41,370 nt of DNA, taken from NCBI GenBank assembly GCA_002269645.1, contig NIVC01004584.1, positions 1 through 41,370 on the forward strand, read 5' to 3'. Under the pieces are notes generated by a model, which saw nothing but the letters and a program-made list of their open reading frames with translations, searched no databases and had not been told where the DNA came from. Numbering within the stretch: the first letter of the stretch is position 1; each line of letters begins with the position of its first letter. Made by a program: the position numbers and the translations under genes. This DNA is from Macrostomum lignano (Eukaryota). Below, piece after piece: positions 1-11,537 of this stretch.

Positions 1-828
1 GTTCAAGTTAACAAAATGATTGCGCAATTTAATCAACCATCCAATACACAGCGACCGCCCCCCTTCCAATACGCAGTGGCAAGTAGACGTTGAACCCCCC
101 CCCCCAACTTTATCTCTGACCTGTCGCAAAAATAAGTACAATCTTTCAAAAGTATGGAAATCGTTTTTTGAATGCCGTATTTTTAGTTATTATCATATTT
201 AAAGCAAACAACTTATATCCCCGAACTCAGCGCTGCAAGCTCTTTCCAGCAATAAAAGTCTCGTCTCTCAAAGTTCAAAAATCGAGCAACAGTTAGCGTT
301 TGAAACTTTCTGATTTAAAGCATTGAAACATCGAGTGTACGTTCACTGCCTGCAGCAGAGGAGGCTCGCAAGTTTATTCATTGAATTTCACTGTCCAAAA
401 CTACACAGGGCAGCCTATTGAAAATCAGAACACATATCGTTGCGCAATTGTCTATCTATACAATCAGCCAGTGAGCCAGGGTCCGATTGTACACACGCAG
501 CCACTGAGAATCGACCATCCCCCACTGGAGAGAAATACACCGTAGAGATAGGAGACAGTTGTGGCGCAATCACTCAAAATTCATGCAAATTTTCAGCTCC
601 AAGCAGAAAGAGGGACAATTAAGATTATCAAAGGTCAAGACCACCGTTTTCTGCTTTTTTAGGGATCTTAAAATGTAAAAATGAAATATAAAAACAGCCT
701 AAAGCCATCCTCGGAAAATTTGCAGTTTTCCAATATAAGTTTCAACGCTGAGTTGCAAGTATTCTAGGAGGAGTTATGCAACAGACAAACAAACACACAA
801 ACATCGCACCAACTTTAGTATATACAGA
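1..828 (-). mobile_element. Non-autonomous Helitron unit 0 (partial, 5' part only)
   Basis: Head TCTGTATATACTAAAG at 828; closely matches about 39100-39713. Confidence 0.75.
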
Positions 829-2051
829 CGAGGCCAACTCCTCCTTCGGAGAAGAAAGGGGAAGAACTCCAATCAGCGGAATTCCATTCCCTGAACTCCA
901 TCAGCGGAATCCCATTTTCCAACACCTCTCCGCGCAACAGAAATCGTCTCCGTGAAACTGAACACTATCGAAATCCTCTCCGTGAAACTGAACACCATCG
1001 AAATATTCTCCGCGAAATAGAAATCCTCTCCGTGAAACTGGACTAAATCGAAATTTCTACGTCAAATAGCCCAGCTCTCAGAATTCATTGGTTAGGGTTA
1101 GGGTTAGGGTTGACAGCTGCGTGTTGAAAGGCGCCGTAAAAACATTGAACCAATTAAATTGCGCAACTTATTTCTCAGGCAGTCAGTATCAGCCTCAGTT
1201 AAAGTTAACAAAAAGATTGCGCAATCTAAATCAACCCTCAAATACACAGCAACCGACCCCCCTTCCAATACGCAGTGCAGCTAGAAATTGAACCCCCCCA
1301 CCAACTATTGGGGGGTCGGTCGAACCCCCATTGAACTCCAAAATGAGCACAATCTTTGCAGAAAGCTAAAAGTATGAAAATCTTTTCTTGAATGCTGTGA
1401 ATTTAATTTTCATATTTAAAGCAAAAAACTTATATCCCGAACTCATTGCAGCAAGATCTTTCCAGCAATATAAGTCTCTCCTCTCTAAGTTCAAAACTCG
1501 AGCAACAGTTAGTGTTTGAAACTTTCTGATTTTAAGCATTGAAATATCGAGTGTACGTTCACTGCCTGCTAAAGATGCTCGCAAGTTTATGCATTAAAAT
1601 GCACTGAATTTCACTGTGCAAAAAATACACAGGGCTTCCTGTTAAAAAACAGAACACAAATAGTTGCGCAATTGTCTATAAAGTCAGTCAGTGAGCCAGG
1701 GTTCAAGTGTACACACGCAGCCACTGAGAACGCGACCATCCCCCACTTGAGAGAAAATACACTGCCAAGATAGAAAAATTTTATGGCGCAATCACTAAAA
1801 TTTATGCAAATTTTCAGCTCCAAGCAGAAAGAGGGGACAATTAAGATTATCAAAGGTCAAGACCGCCATTTTCTGCTTTTTTAGGGATCTTAAAAATTGA
1901 AAATGAAAGATTAAAATAGCCTAAAGCCATCCTCGGAAAATTTGCAGTTTTCCCATATAAGTTTCAACGCTGACTTGCAAGTATTCTAGGAGGAGTTATC
2001 AACAAACACACACACACACAGACAAACAACGCACCAACTTTAGTATTAAGA
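829..2051 (-). mobile_element. Non-autonomous Helitron unit 1 (short alpha type)
   Basis: 5' TC at 2051; 3' hairpin + GGCCTCG at 829; TTAGGG x3 at 1092-1109. Confidence 0.8.
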
Positions 2052-3286
2052 CGAGGCCAACTCCTCCTTCGGAGAAGAAAGGGGAAGAACTCCAATCAGC
2101 GGAATTCCATTCCCTGAACTCCATCAGCGGAATCCCATTTTCCAACACCTCTCCGCGCAACAGAAATCGTCTCCGTGAAACTGAACACTATCGAAATCCT
2201 CTCCGTGAAACTGAACACCATCGAAATATTCTCCGCGAAATAGAAATCCTCTCCGTGAAACTGGACTAAATCGAAATTTCTCGTCAAACAGCCCAGCTCT
2301 CAGAATTCATTGGTTAGGGTTAGGGTTAGGGTTAGAGCTACACACAGCTGCGTGTTGAAAGGCGCCGTAAAAACATTGAACCAATTAAATTGCGCAACTT
2401 ATTTCTCAGGCAGTCAGTATCAGCGTCGTTAAAGTTAACAAAAAGATTGCGCAATCTAAATCAGCCCTCCAATACACAGCAACCGACCCCCTTCCAATAC
2501 GCAGTGCAGCTAGAAATTGAACCCCCCCTACCAACTATTGGGGGGTGTCGGTCGAACCCCCATTGAACTCCAAAATGAGCAAAATCTTTGCAGAAAGCTA
2601 AAAGTATGAAAATCTTTTCTTGAATGCTGTGAATTTAATTTTCATATTTAAAGCAAAAAACTTATATCCCCGAACTCATCGCAGCAAGATCTTTCCAGCA
2701 ATATAAGTCTCTCCTCTCTAAGTTCAAAACTCGAGCAACAGTTAGTGTTTGAAACTTTCTGATTTTAAGCATTGAAATATCGAGTGTACGTTCACTGCCT
2801 GCTAAAGATGCTCGCAAGTTTATGCATTAAAATGCACTGAATTTCACTGTGCAAAAAACACACAGGGCTTCCTGTTAAAAAACAGAACACAAATAGTTGC
2901 GCAATTGTCTATAAAGTCAGCCAGTGAGCCAGGGTCCAATTGTACACACGCCGCCAATGAGAACGCGCCCATTCCCCACAGGAGAGAAAATGCACTGGCG
3001 ACATAGGAAAAAGTTGTGGCGTAATCACTCAAAATTCATGCAAATTTTCAGCTCCGAGCAGAAAAAGGGTACAATTAAGATTATCAAAGGTCAGAATTGC
3101 CGTTTTCTGCTTTTTTAGGGATCTTAAAATGTAAAAATAAAAGATTAAAATAGCCTAAAGCCATCCTCGGAAAATTTGCAGTTTTCCCACATAAGTTTCA
3201 ACGCTGACTTGCAAGTATTCTAGGAGGAGTTATCCAACAAACACACACACACACAGACAAACAACGCACCAGTTTTAGTATTAAGA
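2052..3286 (-). mobile_element. Non-autonomous Helitron unit 2 (short alpha type)
   Basis: Same termini as unit 1; TTAGGG x3 at 2314-2331. Confidence 0.8.
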
Positions 3287-4195
3287 GATAGGGTTAGGGT
3301 TAGAGCTGCACAGAGCTGCGTGTTGAATTAATTGAATCAATTAATTGCGCAAACCATTTCTCAGTCAGACAGTATCAGTCTTATTTAAAGTTAAATAAAC
3401 GGTTGCGCAATCTAAATCAACCCTCCAATACGCAGCGGCAGACCCCCTTCCAATACGCCCAACTTTATCTATTACGTCTCGCAAAACTGATTACAGTTTT
3501 TGCAGAAAGTTAAAAGTATGGAAATAGTTTTTTAAATGCTGTGCTTTTTCTTTTCATATTTAAAGCATACAACTTATATTCCCGAACTCAGCGTTGCAAG
3601 ATCTTTCCAGCAATATAAGTCTCTCCTCTCAAAGTTTAAAACTCGAGGAACAGTTAGCGTTTGAAATTTACCAATTTCCGACTGCTTGCTAGAGAAGCTC
3701 GCAAGTTTATTCATTGAATTTCACTGCCAAACTAATACACAGGGCTGCCAATAATAAAACCAAATGAATCTCGACACAGTCTATCTATTTACACTGTACA
3801 ACTGCTATGTACACTCAGCCCAAGCCCTACCCCCGTTCTGGGGGAAGCATTAAATTTAACTGAACCCCCCCCCCACACGCGGGGGGTTTTATTTCCACTC
3901 GCACCCACCACCCCTCAATACACAGCGGCCCGCGGGCGGAGGTTGGGGTGGCTATTTTTACAAACTGGCTGCAGCCCAGGCAGAGTGGCCAAAGAAGGTT
4001 ATTGGGGGTTAAAAAAGCAGTTTTCTGCTTTTTTAGGGATGTTAAAATGTGAAAATTAAAAATTAAAATAGCCTAAAGCCTGCTCCGGAAAATTTGCAGT
4101 TTTCCCATATAAGTTTCGACGCTGACTTGGCAGTATTGTAGGAGTTCACTTACAACATACATACACACAAACAACGCACCAGTTTTAGTATTAAA
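3287..4195 (-). mobile_element. Non-autonomous Helitron unit 3, 3'-truncated at its TTAGGG tract
   Basis: Head TTTAATACTAAAA at 4195; no terminal hairpin; abuts the unit 2 head at the CCCTAA repeats (3289-3303); unique interior at 3760-4020. Confidence 0.7.
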
Positions 4196-6636
4196 CGAGT
4201 GGAACTCCTCCTTCGGAGGAGAAAGGGGAAGAACTCCCATCACCGGAATTCCATTCCCTGAAATCCATCAGCTGAAACTCCATGACTTGAATCCCATCTT
4301 CCAAATCGTCTCCAAATTCTTTACAAAACCTTTGAAAGACCATAGCTCAAAGACTCTTACGTCTCTCATATCTCCTCTCTCCTCTCTTCGCTATTATCGT
4401 GACTCTCTTCTCTCTCCTCTCTCTCATCTCATCTCTACCCCTACTCCCTTATTTATATCTTCTCCCTGGTCTTTCGTCTCTACTCTCTCCTGTCTCATTT
4501 CTCCCCTCTTTTCTCCTCTCTTCTCTCTCCCTCTCCTCCCTCATCTCTCATCCTTCATCTCACTCTTTCTTTCTTCTCTACTCTCCCCTCTCTTCTATTT
4601 CCCCTGTACGCTCTTATCCCTCATCTCTATTCTCTCTCCTATCATCTCTCCAAATTCTTTACAAAACCTTTCAAAGACCATAGCTCAAAGACTCTCACGT
4701 CTCTCATATCTCCTCTCTCATATCTCTTCCCTCATCTCACTCTTTCTTTCTCCTCTACTCTCCCCTCTCTTCTATTTCCTCTGTACGCTCTTATCCGTCA
4801 TCTATTCTCTTTCCTATTATCTCTCTTGTCTCCCTCTGCTATCTCATATCTCCCCTCTCATCTCCTCTCTCCTCTTCTCTTCTCTATCCCTCTTCGTTTC
4901 CGCCTTACTCCCCTCTTCTCTTCCATCGGTCATGTCTAATCTATCCACTCATTTCTACTCTGTTTTATACCATCTCATGTCTCTTCTCTTTTTGATCTTC
5001 TCTTTACTCTCTTTTATGACTGATTGAAGATGCCAAATCTATCAAGATCCTCTCCGCGAAGCAGAAATCCTCTCCGTGAAACTGAAAACCATTGAAATCC
5101 TCTCCGCGAAACAGAAATCCTCTCCGTGAAACTGAAAACCATTGAAATTATCTCTTTAAAACTGGACTCAATCGAAATTTTCTCCGTCAAAAAGAATAAA
5201 ATATTAGGATTCATTGGTTAGGGTTATTGTTAGGGTTAGGGTTAGGGTTAGAGCTACACACAGCTGCGTGTTTAAATAAAAATTGAGCCAATTGAATCAA
5301 TTGATTGCGCAACCGATTTCAAAGTCAGTCAGTATCAGTCTCAGGTAAAGTGAACAAAAAGATTGCGCAATTTAAATCAACCCTCCAGTACACAGAGCCC
5401 GGCCCCTTTTCAATACGCAGTGGCAGTTAGAAATTGAACCCGGGTGTTGGGGGCATTGAACTAAAAATGAGTACAATCTTTGCAGAAAGCTAAAAGTATG
5501 GAAATAGTTTTTGTATGCTGTGCTTTTAGTCTTTATATTTAAAGCAAACAATTTATATCCTCGAACTCAGCGTTGCAAGATCTTTTCAGCAGTATAAGTC
5601 TCTTCTCTTAAAGTTTAGAACTCGAAGAGCAGTTAGCGTTTGAAAGTTCCCGTTTTAAAGCATTGAAATATCGAGTGTACGTTCACTGCCTGCCAAAGAG
5701 GCTCGCAAGTTTATTCATTCATTACACAGGCCGGCTATTACACGGGGCAGCCTATTAAAAGGCACAGATAATGAAACAAATTGATGTCGCAACCGATTTC
5801 ACAGTCAGTCATTATCAGTCTCAGTTAAAGTTAACAAAAACATTGCGCAATATAAATCAACCCTCCAATCCACAGCAGTAGTGAGAAGTTGAACCCTCCC
5901 CCCAACTTTATCTATTTCGTCTCGCAAAACTGAGTACAATATTTGCAAAAAGTTAAAAGTATGGAAATAGTTTTTCAAATGCTGTGCTTTTTCTTTTCAT
6001 ATTTAAAGCAAACAATTTATATCCCCGAACTCAGCGTTCCAAGATCTTTCCAGCAATATAAGTCTCTTCTTTCAAAGTTTAAAACTCGAGGAACAGTTAG
6101 CGTTTGAAACTGTCTGATTTATAGCATTGAAGTATCGATTGTACGTTCACTGCCTGCTAAAGAGGCCCGCAAGTTTATGCATTGAATTTCAACGTTCAAC
6201 AAAATCACAGGGCTGCCTATTGAAAATTAGAACACAAATCTTTGCGCAATTGTCTATACAGTCAGCCAGTGAGCCAGGGTCCGATTGTACACAGGCAGCC
6301 ATTTAGAACGCCCCATCCCCCCACTGGAGAGAAAATACACTGCAGAGATAGGGAAAAGTTGTGGCGCAATCACTTGAAATTCATGCAAATTTTCAGCTCC
6401 AAGCAGAAAGAGGGGACAATTAAGATTATCAAAGGTCAAGACCGCCGTTTTCTGCTTTTTTGAGGATTTAGAAATTAAAATTTCAGAATTAAAATAGCCT
6501 ATAGCCGACCTCGGATAATTTCCAATCTTCCCATATAAGTTTCAACGCTGAGTTGCCACTATTCAAGGAGGAGTTGTCGAAATGACAGACAGACACACAG
6601 ACAGACAGACAAACAACGCGTCAACTTTAGTATATA
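4196..6636 (-). mobile_element. Non-autonomous Helitron unit 4 (beta type, CT tract, duplicated internal module)
   Basis: 3' CTCCTCC-GAA-GGAGGAG-TTCCACTCG (hairpin 4205-4221); head TATATACTAAAG. Confidence 0.8.
4355..5020. repeat. CT-rich low-complexity tract
   Basis: Strongly pyrimidine-biased plus strand; yields spurious L/S-rich ORFs. Confidence 0.9.
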
Positions 6637-8280
6637 CGAGGCCAACTCCTCCGATGGAGGAGAAAGGGGAAGAACTCCCATCACCGGAATTCCATTCCCT
6701 GAACTCCATCAGCTGAATCCCATGACCCGAATCCCATCATCTAACTGTTCTCCAAATCCATCAAAATCCTCTCCGTGAAACTGAACACCATCGAAATCCT
6801 CTCCGCGAAACAGAAATCCTCTCCGTGAAACTGGACTCAATCTAAAGTTTCTCCGTCAAAAAACTAAACTCTCAGGATTCAGTGGTTAGGGTTAGGGTTA
6901 GGGTTGGAGCTGCACAGAGCTGCGTGTTGAAAAGGTCCGATAAAAAATGAGATAATTGAATCAAAAGATTGCGCAATTTACGCTCGTATTTCTAAGTCAG
7001 TCAGTATCAGTCTCAGTTAAAGTTAACAAAAATATTGCGCAATCTAAATCAACCCTCCAATACACAGCGACCGACCCCCTTCCAATACGCAGTGGCAATT
7101 AGAAATTGAACCCCCCCCCCCGACTGTTGGGGGGTCAGTCGAACACCATTGAACTCCTAAAATGAGTACAATCATTGCAAAAAGTTAAAAGTATGGAAAT
7201 AGTTTTTCCAATGCAGAGCATTTAGTTTTCATATTTAAAGCAAACAATTTATATCCCCGAAATCAGCATTGAAAGATCTTTCCAGCAATATAAGTCTCTC
7301 CTCTCAAAGTTAAAAACTCGAGCAACAGTTTGCATTTGAAACTTTCCGATTAAAAACATAGTGAAAGCATAAAAATATCGAGTATACGTTCACTGCGTGC
7401 TAAAGACACTCCTAAGTTGATGCATTGAATTTCAATGTCCAACACAGGACTGCCTATTGAAAAGCAAAGATAATAAAAAAATTAATGGCGCAATCCATTT
7501 CTCACTCAGTCTGTAGCAGTCTCAGTTAAAATGATTACGCAATGTAAATCAACTCTCCAATACACAGCGACCGCCCCCCACCACCACTAAAGCACACTGA
7601 GCAATTAGAGATTGAAACCCCTAACTTTATCTATTACCTCTGCAAAAATGAGCACAATCTTTGCAGAAAGTTAAAAGTATGGAAATCATTTTTCGAATGC
7701 TGTGCTTTTCCTTTTTACATTTAAAGCAAACAACTTACATCCCCGAACTCAGCATTGAAAGATCTTTCCTGCAATATAAGTCTCTTCTCTCTAAGTTAAA
7801 AACTCGGGGAACAGTTTGCGTTTGAAATTTCCCAATTTAAAGCATTGAATTTTTGAGTGTACGTTCACTGCCTGCTACATAGTGGAGGCTTGCAAATTTA
7901 TTCATTGAATTTTACTGAAGCCCTAACACCCCCAATACGTACGGTGCTCAATGCAAAAAATGGTGGCGCAATCGCTAAAAATTGATGTCAACCGGCCCGG
8001 TTACACCCCCTTCAGCTGAAAGAATACACTACACAGATAGGCCAGCTGTTGTGGCGCAATCATTGCAAATTACGCAAGATGGGCATATTCCCCTATTGTT
8101 CTACGACTTCTGCTTTTTTAGGGATCTTAAAATGTAAAAATGAAAGATTAAAATAGCCTATAGCCTGACCCGGAAAATTTGCAGTTTTCCCATATGAGTT
8201 TCAACGCTGAGTTGCAAGTATTCTAGGAGGAGTTATCCAACTGACATACAGACAAACATCACACCAACTTTAGTATAAGA
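6637..8280 (-). mobile_element. Non-autonomous Helitron unit 5 (alpha end, two internal modules)
   Basis: 3' hairpin with variant loop (plus strand GAT) + GGCCTCG; head TCTTATACTAAAG; TTAGGG x3 at 6886-6903. Confidence 0.78.
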
Positions 8281-8434
8281 GAGTGGAACTCCTCCTTCGG
8301 AGGAGAAAGGGGAAGAACTCCCATCACCGGAATTCTATTCCCTGAAATATCCATCAACTGAAATTCCATGTCTTTAACCCTATCTTCCAAATCGTCTCCA
8401 AATTCTTTACAAAATCTTTCAAAGACCATAGCTC

Positions 8435-9560
8435 AAAGACTCTTACGTCTCTCATATCTACTCTCTCCTCTCTTCGCTATTATCGTGACTCGCTTCTCTC
8501 TCCTCTCTCTCATCTCATCTCTACCCCTACTCTCTTATTTATCTCTACTCCCTTATTTATCTCTTCTCCCTCGTCTTTCGTCTGTACCCTATCCTGTCTA
8601 CTCTCCTATCTTCTATCTTATCTCTCCCCTTTTCTCTCCTCTCTCATATCTAATCTCTAATCACTTATCTATCGTCTCCGCTCTACTTTCTCTCTTCTTT
8701 TTTCTCTCTTCTCTCTGCTCTCATTTCTCGTATCTCTTATACGCTCTCACCCTCTCCTTTCTTATCTCCCATCTTTCTTCCCTCCTTTCTACTGCATCAC
8801 CTGTCTCCTCTCTTCTCTTTTCTCTCCTCTCCATTCTCTCTTCTCTACTCTCATCTCCCCTCATCTCTTCTCTAATCTCTAATCTCTTCTCTCTCTTATT
8901 TTCTCACTCATCTCTTTTCTCATTGCATCTCTCATCTCTCCTCTCTCTCTCTCCTCTCATCTGTACTATCTTTTTTATCTCTTCTCCCAGGTCTTTCAAA
9001 TTTACTCTCTCCTGTCTCCTCTCTCCCCTCGTCTTTCCTCTCTCATATCTCTTCTCTACTCACTTATATATTCTCTCTCCTCTGCTCCCCTTTTACACTT
9101 TCCTATATGCTCTCACTCTCACCCTCCCCTTTCTTATCTGCTGTTTTTACACTCCTTTCTACCACCTGTCTCCTCTCGTTTCTCTCCTCTCTGCACTCTC
9201 ATCTTTACCCTCTTCTTTCTCCTCACTACTTTCTTCTCTTAAATCTCTGATCTCTGATCTTTCATCTCTCTCCTCTCACCTCTCACCTCTCTCCTCTCTT
9301 TCCTCTCTTCTATTGCCTCTGTACGCTCTTGTCCCTCCTTTCTTCTCCATCCTGTCTCCTCTCTGCAATCTCATATCTCCTCTCTCATATCCTCTCCCTT
9401 CATCTCCTCTCTCCTCTTCTCTTCTCTCTCCTTCGTTCCCGCCTTACTTTCCTCTTCTCTCCCATCTGTCATGTCTAATCTCTCCACTCATTTCTACTCT
9501 GTTTTCTATCATCTCATCTCTCTTCTCTTTTCATTCTTCTCTTTACTCTCTTCTCTGACT
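8435..9560. repeat. CT-rich low-complexity tract
   Basis: As above; apparently identical to 34905-36030. Confidence 0.9.
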
Positions 9561-9579
9561 GATTGAAGATGCCAAATCC

Positions 9580-10060
9580 ATCAAGATCCTCTCCGCGAAG
9601 CAGAAATCCTGTCCGTGCAACTGAAAACCATCGAAATCCTCTCCGTGAAACTGGACTCCTTCGAAATCCTCTCCTTGAAACTTAAATCCATCAAAATCGT
9701 CTCCATAAAACAGAAATCAATCATAAATTATCTCCGCGAAACAGAAATCCTCTCCGTGAAGCTGAACATCATCGAAATCCTCTCCGTGAAACTGAACACC
9801 TTCGAAATCCTCTCCGTGAAACTGAACACCTTCGAAATCCTCTCCTTGAAACTTAAATCTATCAAAATCGTCTCCATAAAGCAGAAATCAATCATAAATT
9901 TAACTCCGCGAAACAGAAATCCTCTCCGTGAAGCTGAACATCATCAAAATCCTCTCCGTGAAACTGAGCACCATCGAAATCCTCTCCACGAAACAGAAAT
10001 CCTCTTTGTCAAAATTAAAACATTGAAATCGTCTCCGCTAAACTGGACTCAATCAATTTT
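9580..10060. repeat. 30-bp/20-bp minisatellite (core CGAAATCCTCTCCGTGAAACTGAACACCAT), longest tract
   Basis: Recurrent GAAATCCTCTCCG(T/C)GAAA. Shorter tracts precede the TTAGGG repeats in every complete non-autonomous unit except unit 3 (e.g. 930-1060, 14450-14770, 36050-36530, 38410-38740). Confidence 0.9.
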
Positions 10061-11052
10061 TTCCGTCAAACAACTCAACTCTCCGGATTCATTGGTTAGG
10101 GTTAGGGTTAGGGTTAGAACTACGCACAGCTTCGTGTTAAAAGGCACTGATAAACTATTGAACTAATTGAATCAATTCATTGCGCAACCGATTTCACAGT
10201 CAGTCAGTATCAGTCTCAGTTAAAGTTAACAAAAACATTGCGCAATCTAAATCAACCCTCCAATACAAAGCAACTGACCCCCTTCCTATACACAGCGCCA
10301 GTTGGAAGTCGAAACCCCCAACTTTATCTCTCACCTCTCGCCAAAATGAGTACAATCTTTGCAGAAAGTTTAAAGTATGGAAATAGTTTTTGCAATGCAG
10401 AGCTTTTAGTTTTCATATTTGAAGCAAACAATTTATATCCCTGAAATCAGCTTTGCAAGTTCTTTCCAGCAATATAAATTTTTTCTCTCAAAGTTAAAAA
10501 CTCGAGCAACAGTTTGCGTTTGAAACTTTCTGATTTAAAGCATTGAAATATCGATTGTACGTTCACTGCCTGCTAAAGAGGCCCGCAAGTTTATGCATTG
10601 AATTTCAAGTTCAACAAAATCACAGGGCTGCCTATTGAAAATTAGAACACAAATCTTTGCGCAATTGTCTATACAGTCAGCCAGTGAGCCAGGGTCCGAT
10701 TGTACACAGGCAGCCATTTAGAACGCCCCATCCCCCCACTGGAGAGAAAATACACTGCAGAGATAGGGAAAAGTTGTGGCGCAATCACTTGAAATTCATG
10801 CAAATTTTCAGCTCCAAGCAGAAAGAGGGGACAATTAAGATTATCAAAGGTCAAGACCGCCGTTTTCTGCTTTTTTGAGGATTTTAGAAATTAAAATTTC
10901 AGAATTAAAATAGCCTATAGCCGACCTCGGATAATTTCCAATCTTCCCATATAAGTTTCAACGCTGAGTTGCCACTATTCAAGGAGGAGTTGTCGAAATG
11001 ACAGACAGACACACAGACAGACAGACAAACAACGCGTCAACTTTAGTATATA

Positions 11053-11482
11053 CGAGTGGAACTCCTCCTTCGGAGGAGAAAGGGGAAGAACTCCCATCAC
11101 CGGAATTCCATTCCCTGAATTATCCATCAACTGAAATTCCATGTCTTGAACCCCATCTTCCAAATCGTCTCCAAATTCTTTACAAACCTTTCAAAGACCA
11201 TAGCTCAAAGACTCTTACGTCTCTCATATCTACTCTCTCCTCTCTTCGCTATTATCGTGACTCTCTTCTCTCTCCTCTCTCTCATCTCATCTCTACCCCT
11301 ACTTCCTTATTTATCTCTTCTCCCTCGTCTTTCGTCTGTACCCCTCCTGTCTCCTCTGTTCTCTGTTCTATCACATCTCTATTCTTCACTTCTGTCTCCT
11401 GTCTCCTCTCTTCTCTCTTATCTCTCCTTCTTCTCTTCTCTCTCATATGTCATCTCTACTCACTTATCTATCGTCTCTCTTA

Positions 11483-11537
<55 letters not shown>

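Larger units (their letters stand above)
8281..11052 (-). mobile_element. Non-autonomous Helitron unit 6 (beta type)
   Basis: 3' end CCACTC lacks the last G; long CT tract; near-identical to 34750-37522. Confidence 0.8.

Noticed and set aside
930-1060. 30-bp repeats resembling a CRISPR array
   Set aside because: Tandem with no unique spacers, eukaryotic context, no cas genes.
2041-2052. TAGTATTA at the junctions, resembling the circovirus/nanovirus nonanucleotide TAGTATTAC
   Set aside because: It lies on the strand opposite the TC-bearing strand, lacks the final C, is TAGTATAT in many units and has no tight flanking stem; the Rep is Helitron-type, not CRESS-type.
8368-9558. 396-aa L/S-rich ORF (also 34838-36028, 4287-5027, 16345-17343, 37609-38400 and the R/E-rich antisense ORFs)
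   Set aside because: CT-rich tracts lack stop codons, so several frames are open at once; starts are mostly non-ATG; the frame is not preserved between paralogous tracts.
9615-10166. 183-aa EILSVKL-repeat ORF and the VRVRVRV ORFs
   Set aside because: These are translations of the 30-bp minisatellite and the TTAGGG repeats, not genes.
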